NCBI GenBank assembly: GCA_011109175.1
Contig: RDEW01000033.1
Coordinates: 558,001-622,000 of the forward strand
Length of the DNA stretch: 64,000 nt
Source: Dicyema japonicum
Taxonomy: Eukaryota > Animalia > Dicyemida
Direction of reading: 5' to 3'
Below are positions 63,531-64,000 of the stretch, in pieces. The notes under the pieces were generated by a model, which did no database searches, had not been told where the DNA came from, and saw nothing but the letters and a program-made list of their open reading frames with translations. Both the position numbers and the translations under genes were made by a program. Numbering within the stretch: the stretch's first letter is position 1; each line of letters begins with the position of its first letter.

Positions 63531-64000
63531 CCATGATAGAAAAATGTTTGGAATTTTGATTTTTTGTTTACTTTTGATATTTGAAAGTATTAATCTTAAT
63601 GATTGAGAATAACACAAAGTAATCCAACCAGGTTGGATTCTAACCACTTGATGTTACTAAATGTTCCCTAGTCATGAAACTATAAATCTCCGGGTATATA
63701 TGAAGATATCAATCTTGATAAAATGAAGACATTAAGTTTACCGTTTGTAGTGGTAGACGGACAGCGTAAATAATGTCAACCAGATGAGGTTGCAAAATTA
63801 ACAAAAGACATCTTTCTGCAGAGTCCTTAGTATTAAACCAAGAAATCTCCAGAAAGTTAATTAATTATAAAGAACCATCAAGTGATCCTAGCTACTCTCA
63901 GAAGCGCCCTCATTTTTTCCTGGTATTTATCTCTAAAAACTCACTAGGGAGATATGTACGTGTCGGTGGACCTCCTTACAAGGACCTCGAAAAGGGTTGT

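Overview
AT-rich eukaryotic nuclear DNA from a compact animal genome. No prokaryotic features and no CRISPR array. Short islands of housekeeping genes alternate with blocks of decayed transposable elements. Genes: PICK1, a CAP/GLIPR-like protein, proteasome beta-1, DPH1, a divergent homeobox, cyclin L, RtcB, an ankyrin-repeat protein, PP6 catalytic subunit, DNAJC17, a decayed CDC37 copy and a U2 snRNA gene. The elements include RTE, Jockey/I-like, R4-like and CRE-like non-LTR retrotransposons, Penelope remnants, and hAT, pogo, Merlin, MULE and Tc1-like DNA transposons. Most introns I could place are only about 21-31 nt. Together with the animal-specific PICK1, this points (inference) to a reduced parasitic animal such as a dicyemid or myxozoan. 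The best-supported new observation is a ~300-bp tRNA-derived SINE (two copies, each with its own TSD) whose 3' end is shared with an RTE-clade LINE present twice in the window, i.e. a SINE/LINE partner pair. Several essential genes carry single-base frame breaks in C/G runs, most likely consensus errors. All gene models were built by eye; coordinates of degenerate elements are approximate.
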